Assembly (NCBI GenBank): GCA_025594325.1 | Contig: JANHCV010000007.1 | Coordinates: forward strand, 496,001-560,000 | Length of the DNA stretch: 64,000 bases | Reading direction: 5' to 3' | Source of the DNA: Blastocladiella emersonii ATCC 22665 | Taxonomy: Eukaryota; Fungi; Blastocladiomycota | Position numbers and translations under genes: made by a program | In this document: positions 34,246 to 46,154 of the stretch, in pieces | How positions within the stretch are numbered: position 1 is the stretch's first letter | How the letters are laid out: each line of letters opens with the position of its first letter | The notes under the pieces: model-generated | What the model saw: the letters and a program-made list of their open reading frames with translations, nothing else | Databases searched by the model: none | Told to the model about the DNA's origin: nothing

Positions 34246-36516
34246 TCATTCATCATCGTACTCGACCGATACCGCGTCGCAAACCCGCGAAAACAGCTCG
34301 ACCATACCGCGCGCGCGCCGCAACACCACCTCGTCGGCCGCCCGCGGAACCCGCACCTCGGCTCGCCCCATCACCTTCTCACCCTCCCCACCCGCGAACC
34401 GCACCAACCGCCCGCTCGCCTCATTCACCACCGCATCCCACGCCCTCGCGTCCGCCCTCGCCACGACACCCTTCGCTCCGTGCTCCGCGACCACGACCGC
34501 GGGCGCCATGCACACGTGCAGCAGCTTCGGCGACGTGTGCGCGACGTGCGCGAGGACCGCGAGCGGGACCCCGACCCGCGTCTCGCCCTTGGCGCGCGCG
34601 CTGAGATCCGCTACCACGACGCGGACCGCGCGCGGGAACGCCGCGAGGTTTTCCGGGACCCGCGCCGCGGCCGGCGTCGGCGGATCGTGCAGCAGCGGGC
34701 TCGGGACCGGCGGGCACCCGAGCGTGGCGCGGATGACCGCGGGGAAAGCGACGCGGGCGAGGGGAGGGAGCCACGCGAGCGGGACGCGTAGGTGTGTGAG
34801 TTCCGAAGAAAAGGCGGGCGGGAGCGAGGCGAGCGACGCGTCCCACATGCCCGCGGGCGCGGCGAGCGGGACCCACTCGACGGCGAGCTGGCGGAGGCAC
34901 GGGAGCGTGAACAGGTCCGCGTGCGGCGTGGGCGCGGCGTCGCTCTCGAACTCGACGTGCAGCGCCTCGAGCGCCGACCACGCCCACGCCGCGACGCCGT
35001 GGGTGCCGTGCGCGAACGCGGTCGCCGGGACCCCGTACACAGTCACCACGCGCAGCTCCGGGCACGAGAGCGCGCGCGCGACGGGCCACGCGGCTTTCAG
35101 CTCGTGCAGCCGGCCGAGCTCGATCGCTTCCCCGTCCGCGTCCGGAGCGGGAACCCCGTCGACGTTGATCCGGTCGAGGTCCAGCACCTCGAGCGAGCGC
35201 ATCGCTGGCGCCGCGGCGGTCAGCGTGGTCCAGTCGAGCGCCACGATCGACCCGATCCGCAGCCGCCGCAGGTGGGTCATCCGGCAGATGTCGAGGATCG
35301 CGGACCGCGGCGGGCGGAACCAGTCCGTCTGGAACCCGTTGATGTCGAGGGACTGGATGAGGTCCGGGCGCGGCAGGGCGTGGAGGGGGAGAAACTGCGA
35401 CTCGATCATCACGGCGAGGGATGTCGGGCAGTGGCCCGCGGCGGCGGAGGGTGAGGCGGTCGAAGGTTGGTCGGGAAGATCGTCGATCCACGAGCGGACC
35501 CAGAAAAAGACGCGGTCCGGCGCGCCGTGCGGCCTTGGCGTCGTCAGCGCGACGAACACGAACGTCGACACGCGCGTGCACTTGATGCTGAGCGCGCGCG
35601 CCTTGGGCATCACCGGCAGCGCGACGAGATGCGACGTCGCTTCCTCGCCGCTCTCCGCGCCCCCACCACCGTCGAGGCTCAGCCACGCCTCAAAGTACAG
35701 CTTCTGCAGGTGCGGCAGCGTCACGCCCGAGAGGTCGTACACGAGGTCCTCGGGCTTGAGCCCGCGCACGCGGCCGTGCGACGACAGCGTGAACACGCGC
35801 AGCGACCCGGCGAGCGTGCCGAGAATCCGCGTCAGCGACGTGTTCGACAGCGACGCCCCGTGCAGGTTGAGCCGGCGTAGTGGCGGCATCCACGACGCCG
35901 TCACGAGCGAGTGCACGATCTGCGCCTCGGTCGACGGCGTGAACCGGTCGCTGTAGATGGTCAGCGACAGCCGCGAGAGCTGCGGGATGTCGAGCGACCG
36001 CTCCGCGCCCATGGCCGGCCGCCGCGTCACGCTGCCGTTGGCGCCCCGCTCGCGCACGTAGCCGAACACGCACGGCCCATGGTGCCGGACGATCAGGTCG
36101 CGCGACGCCTCGCACGGCCACACGGCAGTGCACTGCACGGTCCCGCCGTCGTTCCAGATTGGGACGGATGTCGGGTCTTCGGGCGTCGGTGCATCGGAGT
36201 GTCCGCCAAACTGCGACACGCTAGTCACGTCCCAGTCGGTCGCGCGCCACAGCAGCCGGTTCACGGCGGCGTGTAGGTCGCGGCACGTGCGGCCAAGCGC
36301 GAGCAGCGTCACGAGCTCGGCGGACCCGTCGTTGCGTGTGTCGTCCGGGTCATGGTACGGGACCGTCGCGGCGTGGCACAGGTGCCGCGCGACGACCTCG
36401 AGCACGTCGTGTGGTAGCGGGAGGGGCGCGAAGGGCGAGGTTGCGGATGGACGGAGCGCGTCCAGCCGGCGGTCTAGGTCATCGAGCGCATCATGCTGCG
36501 CGAGGTTGCTGCCCAT
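34246..36516 (-). CDS. F-box/LRR-like protein, family 2 copy F1 (756 aa)
   Basis: Split F-box LPHDVLEVVARHL...LVTLLALGRTCRDLHAAVNRLLW, followed by degenerate LRRs (LRRLNL, LRRLRI, LEVLDL). Shares motifs with F2-F5 (ASWMPPLR, PHxDLFTLP, HLxVPxxWL, FPxxIRxTxGCP). Confidence 0.75.
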   Translation of the reverse strand: MGSNLAQHDALDDLDRRLDALRPSATSPFAPLPLPHDVLEVVARHLCHAATVPYHDPDDTRNDGSAELVTLLALGRTCRDLHAAVNRLLWRATDWDVTSVSQFGGHSDAPTPEDPTSVPIWNDGGTVQCTAVWPCEASRDLIVRHHGPCVFGYVRERGANGSVTRRPAMGAERSLDIPQLSRLSLTIYSDRFTPSTEAQIVHSLVTASWMPPLRRLNLHGASLSNTSLTRILGTLAGSLRVFTLSSHGRVRGLKPEDLVYDLSGVTLPHLQKLYFEAWLSLDGGGGAESGEEATSHLVALPVMPKARALSIKCTRVSTFVFVALTTPRPHGAPDRVFFWVRSWIDDLPDQPSTASPSAAAGHCPTSLAVMIESQFLPLHALPRPDLIQSLDINGFQTDWFRPPRSAILDICRMTHLRRLRIGSIVALDWTTLTAAAPAMRSLEVLDLDRINVDGVPAPDADGEAIELGRLHELKAAWPVARALSCPELRVVTVYGVPATAFAHGTHGVAAWAWSALEALHVEFESDAAPTPHADLFTLPCLRQLAVEWVPLAAPAGMWDASLASLPPAFSSELTHLRVPLAWLPPLARVAFPAVIRATLGCPPVPSPLLHDPPTPAAARVPENLAAFPRAVRVVVADLSARAKGETRVGVPLAVLAHVAHTSPKLLHVCMAPAVVVAEHGAKGVVARADARAWDAVVNEASGRLVRFAGGEGEKVMGRAEVRVPRAADEVVLRRARGMVELFSRVCDAVSVEYDDE

Positions 36517-36753
36517 GGCAGCGTCGGGTTCATTCGTTTTGCGTTGGGTTGGGGTGGGGAGGCGGGGCGAGATGAACGACGCGCATCAGGACGCGCCTCA
36601 GGTCGCCCAGGTTCGCCGCCTCCCTCCACCCTCTCGTTTCCTAACCATGCACGGGCTATTTATTGGTTTTGCTCACGCCGACCCGCCAGCTTTCTCGAAC
36701 TTACCATCAGGCCGCTGCCCACGTCCGCGACCGCCTCCACGACCACGACCACG

Positions 36754-38644
36754 CTAGGAGGACGTCCCACGGTTTGCCTTCGCATCAGCTCTCTCCTTTT
36801 TCCTTTCCTTGTCCTCGCTCGTGCGCGCCTTGAGAGCTTCCGCCTCCAGCGCCACAAGCTCTTCCAGTGCGACAAGGTTGGATGCGCGATCCGGTTTCGG
36901 GACACCAGGCACGGTGCGCCGGCTGCGAACCGACTCGCTCATCGCGTCGCGCTTGTGGAGCTTGGATTCGGTCACGCGCCAGACGGGGTGGCCGGACGGA
37001 AAAAAGTCGAGAAACCAGCTGACGCCGCCGTCTGGCTGCGCAACAAATTGAGCGTGCAAGTCGTCAAGCTCTTTGAGAATGCGCCCGACGGTAGCTACAT
37101 CGACGGGTTTTGGCATGGTCACGTCGGTGCTGAGCTCGCACGGTTCTGCAGAACAGTACGACGGTATCTGGTTCCAACGTGCCTCACCCGCGGGCTTCTC
37201 GCCGCCGACACGGACGCAAGGGACTGGCGCGTGAAGCGTTGGCGGAAGTGAAGCGAGCGGGTCCCACGGCGGAAGCGCGAAGGTCTGCGGCCGCGTGCGG
37301 TACACGGCTGCGTGGAGCTCCATGGGGCCCGTGATGCCTGTCACGGCGCGGATCGACGCGAACGACGGGATCCCAGCCCCGCCTTGTCCCGAAATGGGGA
37401 CTCAAAGGACGCCGCGCGGCATGGTGCTGGGTAAGGGCGCGGTCCAGTCGATGACCGTGTGCGCGCCGCGGTTGGTGTACACGGACCAGTTGCCCTTGGT
37501 GCAAGCGAGGACCAGGTACCGGTAGCCCGACTCGCGAGCGGCGTCGGCCGGCGAATTGTGCATGAGCGGCGGAGAAGCGGGTGGATGGTCGGCGCGACTG
37601 GCAGCAACAAGCGCGTCCGCGGCGGCGGCAAGGGCGGATTGATGCTCCGACTCGATCTGGGAGACCACCTTGGCCTTGAGCGCTTCCGCTTCCGGGGATG
37701 AGGGAGCCGTGGTCGCAGAAGCAGGCCCAAACTTGATGAGCAGCGTGGCAAGGCTAACGCTTTAGCTACAGTAGCGCGTGTGCCTGGTCAGGTTCCGCAA
37801 AAAAAAGAAAGCACGATTTGACACCACCCGCGTTCGTACCTGATGGTGTCGTTAAAACAGAGTGGCCTAATTGTGGCTAAAGACTCGCCGCCGTTGTACT
37901 CAAGCCGCTGCGAGTTGTTGGTCAAGAAATCGAGGACAGGAGCATTGGGACGTAGGGCGTGACGCAGCCCGTCACTGCCACCTGGCCAACCTTGTGCGCA
38001 ACGAGATGGTCAAGCAGCGCGTCTGCGGCGGTCGTATGGCGAGCGGGGTTAAAGATGACGCACGTCGCGGTGGCGCCAGGCTTTGAAGCGTCTGGAGCTG
38101 ACACAGTCGTGAGAATTGGCTGGCATCTGGGTCGGGTGCATCTTAGAGTCAAGTACGATTCACCCGAAAGTACGGCGAGGTCGGCGGGTGCAACGAGAGT
38201 GTTGATCAAAGTGCGCATCGGATAGTCGCACTCAAGGTCATAGACCCCGTCGATCTCGTCTACACGGTTATATCAGAAAGCTGTGTTGGGTGACGGACGG
38301 CGGCAGACAAACGCACCAAGCTTTGGATGGTCGTCGCGGAACCCGATCACGGCGAGGCTGGCAGCGTCAAAGTACTGACGACGCCAAAGCAGCTCGACCA
38401 GGGCAAAACGGCTGACATGGTCGCTGGGCTCGACGGCCGGCGTCCCGTACCAGCCCGCGAGGACCATGTCTATAGCCCCACGGTCTCCGTCGCGAAAGTA
38501 GTTGGCCTCCAAGTACTCGAAGAGAAGCTTGCGCTTAGTCTCACATTGGATTTTGAACGTGAGCAAAATCGCCTCCCAACGCGAGAGCGAGGGCAGCGAG
38601 AGGCCCATGGATGATGTCGGTGTTGCGAAAGGCGACGGTGCCAC
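36754..38644 (-). pseudogene. Degraded ORF of unknown function
   Basis: Collinear protein-like ORF pieces (38273-38644, 37922-38218, 37402-37668, 36754-37344). The first two are in frame across a TGA at 38273-38275. No family recognised. Confidence 0.4.
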
Positions 38645-38945
38645 CGTCGGGGAGCCGGACGGCGAGGCCGCGTGCTGGGAGCAAGTTCTTGCGCCGGATC
38701 ATGAGTTCATTCGTTTGACGTTGCAGAAAGTCCGGCAAGAGCACAGACGCTAGGGTGCGTGGGCGAAGGAGCCGAGCGAAGGAGCCGAGATGAACTCGGC
38801 CAAGACTGGCAAGATGATCGGCATCATGTGATGGCTCATGTGTGGCGCAGCGCGTCCTCGATTGCGTGTTTCGGCACCCGCGAAAGTAGATAAAAAGGTA
38901 GCACTTATTTTCTTAACGCGCCAAAGCGTCATTATTAGCGTGGAT

Positions 38946-41186
38946 CTAGACAAAATCGTGCAGAATCTGGTGCTTCATCCACTTCGTCAGCTGCTCGCGA
39001 CGAACAATTTGCTCACGACGAGTGGGGGAAGTTGGCTCAAAGCGGACTTGAAGCCGATCATACTTGTCGGGAAGCGAGAGCCGGAGGCGGGCCTTGTTGC
39101 GCAGCACCCAGTCCCACATCGAGTCGCTCAAGTCGACCACCAGCGGAGACGTAAGGTACAAGTACGTGATGAGCGGCGTGTCCGTGTGAAGCAGTCTCGG
39201 TGCCGCTTGCACGAGTTCGAGAAGCGTGGTCAAGGGAACCGCAATCACATGAGGGTTGGGCCACGGCATCCGCGTGCCTGGCCGATGCACAGGCGTGGGC
39301 ACTTGCGTGGTGCCTTCGAGGTTCTCAAAGACTATGCGGACTGCGCGCGGGAAGCTCGGAAGCGCAACCGACGGGGCCACTTTCATCTGGCCTGGGAACA
39401 GTCCGGCAAGTGGACACCCGATCGTGACGCGAATTGCGTTCGGGAAGCTGACGGCGGAGAGCGACTCGAGCCACATGTGCGGAATCGTGACGTGTTCGAG
39501 CAGCGAAGTCGCAGAACCAAGTGCGATGGGAAGAGAACTCCAGAAATGCGCTTGATCATTCTTGTCAACGAACCACTCGACGCAGAGACGGCGAAGGTTC
39601 GGCAGAATGAAGAAATCGAGGTGCGGAGTCGGCGGCGCCACTGGTTCCGGTGGACTGGTTGCGCTGGCCATTGGTACCGAAGTTGTCGCTGGAGTCTCGA
39701 AGCGAATGATGAGCGTCTCGAGAGTGTTCCATGGCAAGTTTGGCATTGACGCGATTCCCTGCGCAAGTGCGTCAACCGGAACCTCCGTCACGCACAAGGA
39801 AGTCAAATTCGGGCACACGAAGAGCTTCACCGTGTTCCACGGAGTGCACAGGTTGAGCAGCTGCGGAAGCTCAAGAGGTTCGGAAATGTTGGTGACGCCG
39901 TAAACGCAGCAAGAAAGCTCGAGTTCTTCGAGCTGAGGCATGTTCAAAAGCAGGTGTGAAAGGTCGCTCCAATCAAGCTTCAAGTTTGCACCGAGGACAA
40001 GACAATGGAGTCGATTCATTCGAGAAAGCCCTATAATGCTGTCAGGATCGAGAGTGAGCGATCCGACTAGACTAGACCCCAGCTCAAAGGCGCGCAAATC
40101 CTCGATACAGGGAAGCTTTGCGAGAGGCGGAAGTTCGTCTTCGAACGTCATGGCGATCGATACAGGCCCTTGACTGACGGCGTTTTGCGACTGAAGAGGA
40201 GCCTGATCGACGATCCACCGGGACGCGTTGAACGAGACATGGTCAATGGGGCGCCCACGCGGAGCGCTCAGCGACAAGACAACCGAGTGGGGAATGCGCA
40301 CGCTCGCCACCGTGACCTTGCGCACCGCGGGCATCGCGGGAAGCGAAATGAGCATAGAACAGTCAGCATGCGGGTTGTTCCGATCGCGTAAGTGGACATT
40401 GAAGTGGAACGACTCGAGGCGCGGAAGCGTCACCTCGGCGAGGTCGTAGACAAAGTTGCTGGTCGCGAGTATGTGACGATCGCAAGTCAGCTTGAACGCG
40501 CGAAGCGATCCTGCAAGCGAGGAAAGTATGGACACGAGGTTGCTGCTCGAAATCAAGACGCTTTGGAGATTGAGTCTGCGAAGATGAGGCGGAAACCAAG
40601 CGAAGTTAACAAGAGATTGCAGCGCAAGTGCCTGCCGTTCGACGTTGTCCTCCATCAGGCCGCCCTTGGACGTGAGAGTGAGGTATGAGAGCATCGAGAG
40701 GTCGAGTCGGTACTGGTCAGCGAACGAAAACTGGCGATCCACGACGCCATTAGAAAGCGTGACTTGATCGTATGCCCGGCGAAAAACACCAGAATTGCGA
40801 AAAACCATGAAACGACGCGGTCTGCGGAGTTGATTGCAGTCCGAGACCTCGAGAATCGTGCCGGAAAGAACTTGCCCGACGTCATGGAGCGTCCAAACGC
40901 TCGAGCGCCAGAGCAAGCGGCGGACGAGAACGTGAAGGTCGCGGCACGTGGCGCCCAGGGCGAGCAACGACTTGAGCTCTGCGCGCCCGTTGTCGTCGGT
41001 GTCGTAAACGATGTTGAAAGGAACGGTCGCGACATAGGCCAAGTGGAACGCGATGCACTCGAAAATCTCAAAGGGGAGATCGGGAATTGCAAGGGGATCC
41101 AGAGCCGACTCGTGCTGGGCGAAGGTGCCCTGGACCTCGATGGCATCCGCGGGTTTTGGAAGTGTTTTGGATTTAGTTGTGCCCAT
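38946..41186 (-). CDS. F-box/LRR-like protein, family 2 copy F2 (746 aa)
   Basis: LPFEIFECIAFHL...LKSLLALGATCRDLHVLVRRLLWR, then LRR-like repeats. Intact and intronless. Confidence 0.78.
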   Translation of the reverse strand: MGTTKSKTLPKPADAIEVQGTFAQHESALDPLAIPDLPFEIFECIAFHLAYVATVPFNIVYDTDDNGRAELKSLLALGATCRDLHVLVRRLLWRSSVWTLHDVGQVLSGTILEVSDCNQLRRPRRFMVFRNSGVFRRAYDQVTLSNGVVDRQFSFADQYRLDLSMLSYLTLTSKGGLMEDNVERQALALQSLVNFAWFPPHLRRLNLQSVLISSSNLVSILSSLAGSLRAFKLTCDRHILATSNFVYDLAEVTLPRLESFHFNVHLRDRNNPHADCSMLISLPAMPAVRKVTVASVRIPHSVVLSLSAPRGRPIDHVSFNASRWIVDQAPLQSQNAVSQGPVSIAMTFEDELPPLAKLPCIEDLRAFELGSSLVGSLTLDPDSIIGLSRMNRLHCLVLGANLKLDWSDLSHLLLNMPQLEELELSCCVYGVTNISEPLELPQLLNLCTPWNTVKLFVCPNLTSLCVTEVPVDALAQGIASMPNLPWNTLETLIIRFETPATTSVPMASATSPPEPVAPPTPHLDFFILPNLRRLCVEWFVDKNDQAHFWSSLPIALGSATSLLEHVTIPHMWLESLSAVSFPNAIRVTIGCPLAGLFPGQMKVAPSVALPSFPRAVRIVFENLEGTTQVPTPVHRPGTRMPWPNPHVIAVPLTTLLELVQAAPRLLHTDTPLITYLYLTSPLVVDLSDSMWDWVLRNKARLRLSLPDKYDRLQVRFEPTSPTRREQIVRREQLTKWMKHQILHDFV

Positions 41187-42169
41187 GGTGTTTCATTAGA
41201 ATTCCATACTCGGTGAAGGAGGGCGGGAGAAGGAGCAGCCAGGGCGCCGCTTAGAAGGGACGTTGCGCCGCCGCGCTTGAAGCTGCGTTGTCTGGCCTCC
41301 GGAGGCGAGTCGAACCCTTCTTTGGGATCAACACAAGGGACTGCTTCACCGCCCTCACCGCAGAGTCCAAAATTAATCACGGCGTTTCAGCTGCAGCATT
41401 AGGCTGATCCGGTGGAAATGCAGCGGTTGACCTTCGCGACCCCACGTGCGTGGCTTGTGTGGCGCAGCGCGTACCGGAAGTCAGGGATCGAAACGTTGAC
41501 GACGAACAACCGGACCCATTTATTCGTAAACAATAGAAACATCAATAATCGTTGATTGCTTCTAAAACCAGTTGAGCAACCTGCGAGCGCGTTCTTCCGT
41601 CCCGCCGTGGCCTGCGTGAGCTCGGATGGTCACACGGGATTGGGCATCGCCACAGAGCCCCACATCATAATGGATCCATTTTTAATGTCAACAATCCATT
41701 AATCCGGTCCTGGGCCATTAAATCCATTATTTTCAGGTTTTTGGTCGGACCCGGGTAAAGTGCGTCATTGAGGCGCGGAGCATCACCAAACCGCGCCAGA
41801 CCCGCCAAGTCGATCCAGAGTCGATCGACTTGTTCTCGTGCGACATGGCCGAGAAAATCGATCCATACGTCGAATGAGTATCGATCGCCGTGAGCTCAAG
41901 TCATTCGACCTGTTGATCGACTTGCTTGTCATTCGACCTATGGACATGATTGATCGATCAAGTTAAAACCTCGAACGACTCATCGAACGAGTGTGGATCG
42001 AGATATGCCCCGCGCCGATTGATAAAATGCCGATCTGTCCCAGCATGTCAGACAAGTGGTCGAGCGGCGCGAGACGTGCCTCAAATGACGTCTCCACTCG
42101 CGCCGATTGAGTTCCAGCTAATTTGCAGCTCCGAATCAACTGATGAGAATGAGCTATCCGTTAAGTAGC

Positions 42170-42660
42170 GCATCGACTTTGCACTGTATCGCCATGCTCA
42201 GGCTCGTGCACTTCCAGCGCGTTGCCAAACGTCGGGTTCGCGCCTTCGGGATCGCGGCGGTCCACAAAGTCAATAAATTGGAGATCTACGGCATCATGAG
42301 CAGCGTGAGGCTCGCGTTGTCGTCGTACACGGCGATGAGGTACTTGGTGTACCCGCCCTAGTGCGCCAACGAGGGGCGGTTACCGTTCGGCGCGACGGGA
42401 AGGAAGGCCGAGATGGCCGACAGCGGCACGATGTGGAACTCGCACGTGGCAGGCTGCGTAGGGCGGAGAGGAAACGTCTGCACGACGTAGAGGCCCGGCG
42501 GAACGACGTGCGGCACCGACTGGTACAGGTGGAAATGCTCAACGACCGTGCTTTCGAGCTGCATGCCGTCCAACTCCAAGTTGACGAGCCAGGTGCGCGT
42601 TTCCTCTCGACCAAGCGCAACGGAGGGCAACGACGCGCTCAACACCTCACTTTCAACTCA
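42170..42660 (-). pseudogene. Degenerate ORF, possibly the C-terminal domain of a Plavaka/CMC-type transposase
   Basis: VEHF...PPGLYVVQT...FHIVPLSAISAFLPVAP resembles the VEWF...GMYxV...IIPLxxI...HLxP pattern recalled for fungal CMC transposases. Interrupted by stops. Confidence 0.35.
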
Positions 42661-42997
42661 TAAAGCTTAAAGATGCAAGGGTTCTTACGACCGCCGTGAC
42701 GACATCTTCCCGGGGAGATGGCTGCGCTGGAACTTGGCTTGCCCGCCGACCGGGTCCGTATCGACCAAGTTCCAACGCTCACGTCACTGCCACGCGCTTG
42801 CGGCAAGTAATTCATAGATTATTCATAGGGTGCAACTTCGAGGTGCCGTCGCCGGGAGAGCGCGGCGCTGCAGCGAAGCGCGGGGAGAAACGCGTCGAAG
42901 TCAACGTCACGTGAGCGCGTCGATCGTTCCGAGACTTCGCTCGCGGCGGCTCGCGCCAGCACCCCTGCTCGCGCTCCCTCGCCCCACCACCAGCGAC

Positions 42998-43059
42998 CAT
43001 TTGCCGTCACACAGCCTTCGGCTGGCACCGGCGCAGGGCTTTGCCCTTCGCCCTTGCCC
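42998..43059. repeat. Hairpin-containing terminal inverted repeat, left copy (partner 49037-49099)
   Basis: 50 bp perfect plus a 12 bp extension, inverted relative to 49037-49099. Contains the hairpins CAGCC-TTC-GGCTG and AGGGC-TTT-GCCCT. Confidence 0.9.
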
Positions 43060-43348
43060 TTGCCCATCGTCGCCCAACGCTCCCACTCGCTCGCTCAGTT
43101 CTCGTTGTTTTTGAGCCCGAGCTCACTCAAACTCCATGCAAACTATTTAAGAATGAACACAGACGCGATATTTATGTTTGAGAAAAAAAACTACAAGCCG
43201 ACGCGACCGATACTTTAGGCCGAGTCGTTGGGGTGAGCACGCTTGGCGGGCAGCTCGAGGTCGGCGTCCGTTGACTGCTCCTCCTCAGCCGAGCGCTTGC
43301 GGTGGCGAGCTATAGTTATTCGTCGTTCGTTGGTTAGCACATGGTCCG

Positions 43349-45920
43349 CTACTCGCTTCGACACGACCAGACAAGAAGACCGTGTCCGAGTTGAGCAGCT
43401 TGCCGCCGTTCCACACATATGTACAGCTCGAGCGAGTCGCGCGGGTTGGGCGTCAGCGTGAAGAAGATGTGCGGGAGGCGAAGACGTTGTCGGAGAACAC
43501 CTTGCGCTCGCCGTTGGAGAACCACTGCTTCTTGGCCACGCCCATGATGGCATGCACCGTGCCCTGCTGGTCGGGGCTGAGCGGCAGCACGACGCCCGAC
43601 TCGGCCGTCTTGCGCGCCTGCTGCATGCGCTCGATGACGACGTCGAGATCTTTTTCGGTGACGCTCGCGACAGACTTGATGTCCTGCGGCGCGACACGTT
43701 GCTGGAGGTACGCGCCGTTCATGAACTTGGAATAGAGTGTAGTGGATTGAGCAGAATGATTGTATATTGGGAACAACGAGAGGAACACCGCCGCGCGCAA
43801 CGCGTGATCCCGCCCATCCCAGGTCGGCCACCCCTGTACCCATCCGCCCCCCGCCGCGATGGCGAGCGCGGTGGTGTGGACAGCTTGTCGAAGACGACGA
43901 GGATGAAGTCGTTGTCGCGCGAGAACCGGTGGGTCGAGACGCGGAGCAGGTGCTGGATCAGGCCGAGAATCGAGAAGCGGTTCTTGCGGTCCCGGTCATG
44001 AAGACCGCCGCGGCCGAACGGGAACAGGTGGACGAAGAAGAGGGCGAGCCAGTCCTGGTCGTGCAGGTCGGCGTACTTGTTGGGGTGGCGGATCGCGAGG
44101 ATCGGCGAGTCGTTGAGCAGCTCGGCAGGCGGCGTTGCGGCGCCGTGAGCCGCAGTCGCAGAGCCCTGGGCGGCGACGGCGGCGGCGGCGGCGGTCGGCT
44201 GGTTGCCGAGATACTGCTGTACCACGTACATCGCGTCAGCGATGACCTTGGCGTGGCCGCTGCGCTTGTCCGAGCGTTTTTCGGCCTCGGAATCGGGTGG
44301 CGCGGCGGCTGCGGCGGGCGCCGCGGTGGTGAACGTCGCGGACGTCGCGGCGGCGGCGGTCGACTCGAGATCCGACGCGTCGCCGTCATCGTCGTCCGAG
44401 CCCGACTCGGAGTCGGAGTCGTCGACGGCCGGGTGGCAGCCGTGACGAGTCAAGTGGTCACGACGGTGGTGGAGATGGTCGACATGGTCGTCGGACGCCG
44501 CGTAGCCGTAGGCCGCGGGCGACTCGACAGGGCGTGGCGCGGCCGTTGCACCAAGTGCGACGTCCCCGCCGCCGTCACCCGCACTCAAGCCCGTCACGTC
44601 GTCGAACGCGTCCGCGTCGCCGGCTCGGCTGCCGCCCTTGAGCGACTTGAGGAACTCCTGCTTGGCCTCGCGGGCGGCCTCGAACTCGTTCTCAGGCGCG
44701 TCCTGGACAAAGATGCCCGACACGAACTCGTGCACCGTCACCTTGGCGTCGTGCGGGTCCATCTGGGCCTGCTTCCCGACAAGCGTGGCGTTGGCGACGT
44801 CGCACGTTGCGTCCACGGCCTTGGCGGCGAGATCCTTGGTCGCGGGCTGGGTGCCGTCGTAGGCCTCAGTGAAGAGCTTGTCGTTGATGGACTCAGGTGC
44901 ATCGAACGACTTCTCGCACAGCGCGTAGTCCTGGTACAGCGGGTTGAACTTGAGCAGCTTCTCGACGGCCGCGCGGACCCTTTCCGCGTCACAGCCGTAC
45001 TTTTTGCGCAGCACGGCCTGCTGCCCGTCGGTGAGCGTGGACGTGAAGACGACCTGGAACTCCTTGAGGCCGTCGACAAACGGCAGCACCTTGACGAACG
45101 CGGGGCCCGCCGTGCCGTCGTGGATGTGGATGTGCAACGTGAGCGCCTTGCCGGTGCCGCCCGCGACGACGCAGGTAATGGCGTTCATGTAGAACAACGA
45201 GATGACGCGGAGCTTGGAGAAGGTGAGGATGTCGATCTCGTCAATCGAGCCCGTCATGTTCCCATTGGCGAGGGCCCACTCGGGCGGGCGCAGGTTGAGG
45301 TTGGCGCCGCCGTCGTGGCTCTCGAGCTTGCGCTGGATGTCGCGGAGGTGCTTGAGCGTGTCCTTTTTGAAGAAGGCGGCGATGACGACGCCGTCAGGAT
45401 CGCGAACGACGCCGCGCGGGGAGAGCGCGAGGAGCGTCACGTTGACGTCCTTGAACTCAGGCGGCGGGAACAGCGAGTCGACGCGGTACTGCGCGGCGAG
45501 ATCAGGGGGCACGTCTTTGGGCACGGCGAGCACCGCGGCCATGGCCGCCCACGGGAACTCGGCGACCTCAAGGCGCTCGACCTCATTGCCGAAGCACAGC
45601 TCGTCCGTGACGACGCAAACGTGCCCGCCCATGGCCTCGGCGTGCTCCTCGCGGTACTCGTTGATGATGCGCATGCGGTTCTCGCTGGTGAGGCCGGGGA
45701 CGCACAGGTCGACGAGCAGGCGCGCAAGGCGCGCCGCGTGAAGGTACTGCGACTTGGCCTCGTCGCGTTTGCGCTGGCGATAGCGACGGGTATTGTCGCG
45801 ATGGTGCTCGACGTACTCGAGATCCACGCGCTGCTTCTGGTGCCGCTTGTCCGAGTACTCGCGCTCCTGCTGCAAACGCTCATTGTGGGACGGGGCGGGC
45901 TTGAGCTTGGGCGACTCCAT
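43349..45920 (-). mobile_element. Helitron-like Rep N-terminal region (DUF6570-like + Helitron_like_N), truncated before HUH/helicase
   Basis: 733-aa ORF with CVVTDELC, RVRAAVEKLLKFNPLYQD and LFFVHLFPFGRGG...FSILGLIQHLL...RFSRDNDFILVVFD. Downstream frameshifted piece RKVFSDNVF / LPHIFFTLTPNP, like Rep motif GxPxLFxTxxPN. No HUH, Y2 or helicase motifs follow. Confidence 0.7.
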
Positions 45921-46154
45921 TCCAGGAACAGGCTAGAGGAGAAGCGGATCTGTAAGAACGTGAAATTGCGACGCAGCAGGTGTCACTTCGCCAGAGAGTA
46001 CCTTTGGCGGTGGCAACTCCCATTGAAATGGATCCGAGGCAAAGGGCCGCCCGTACACCGCAGGGACTACGCAAAGAAATCGGAAGCCACGTTAGACGCG
46101 ATTCGAGCAGGCAGGCCTTGCGTGGCAAAACGTACCCAATCGAACAGGCGCGTC

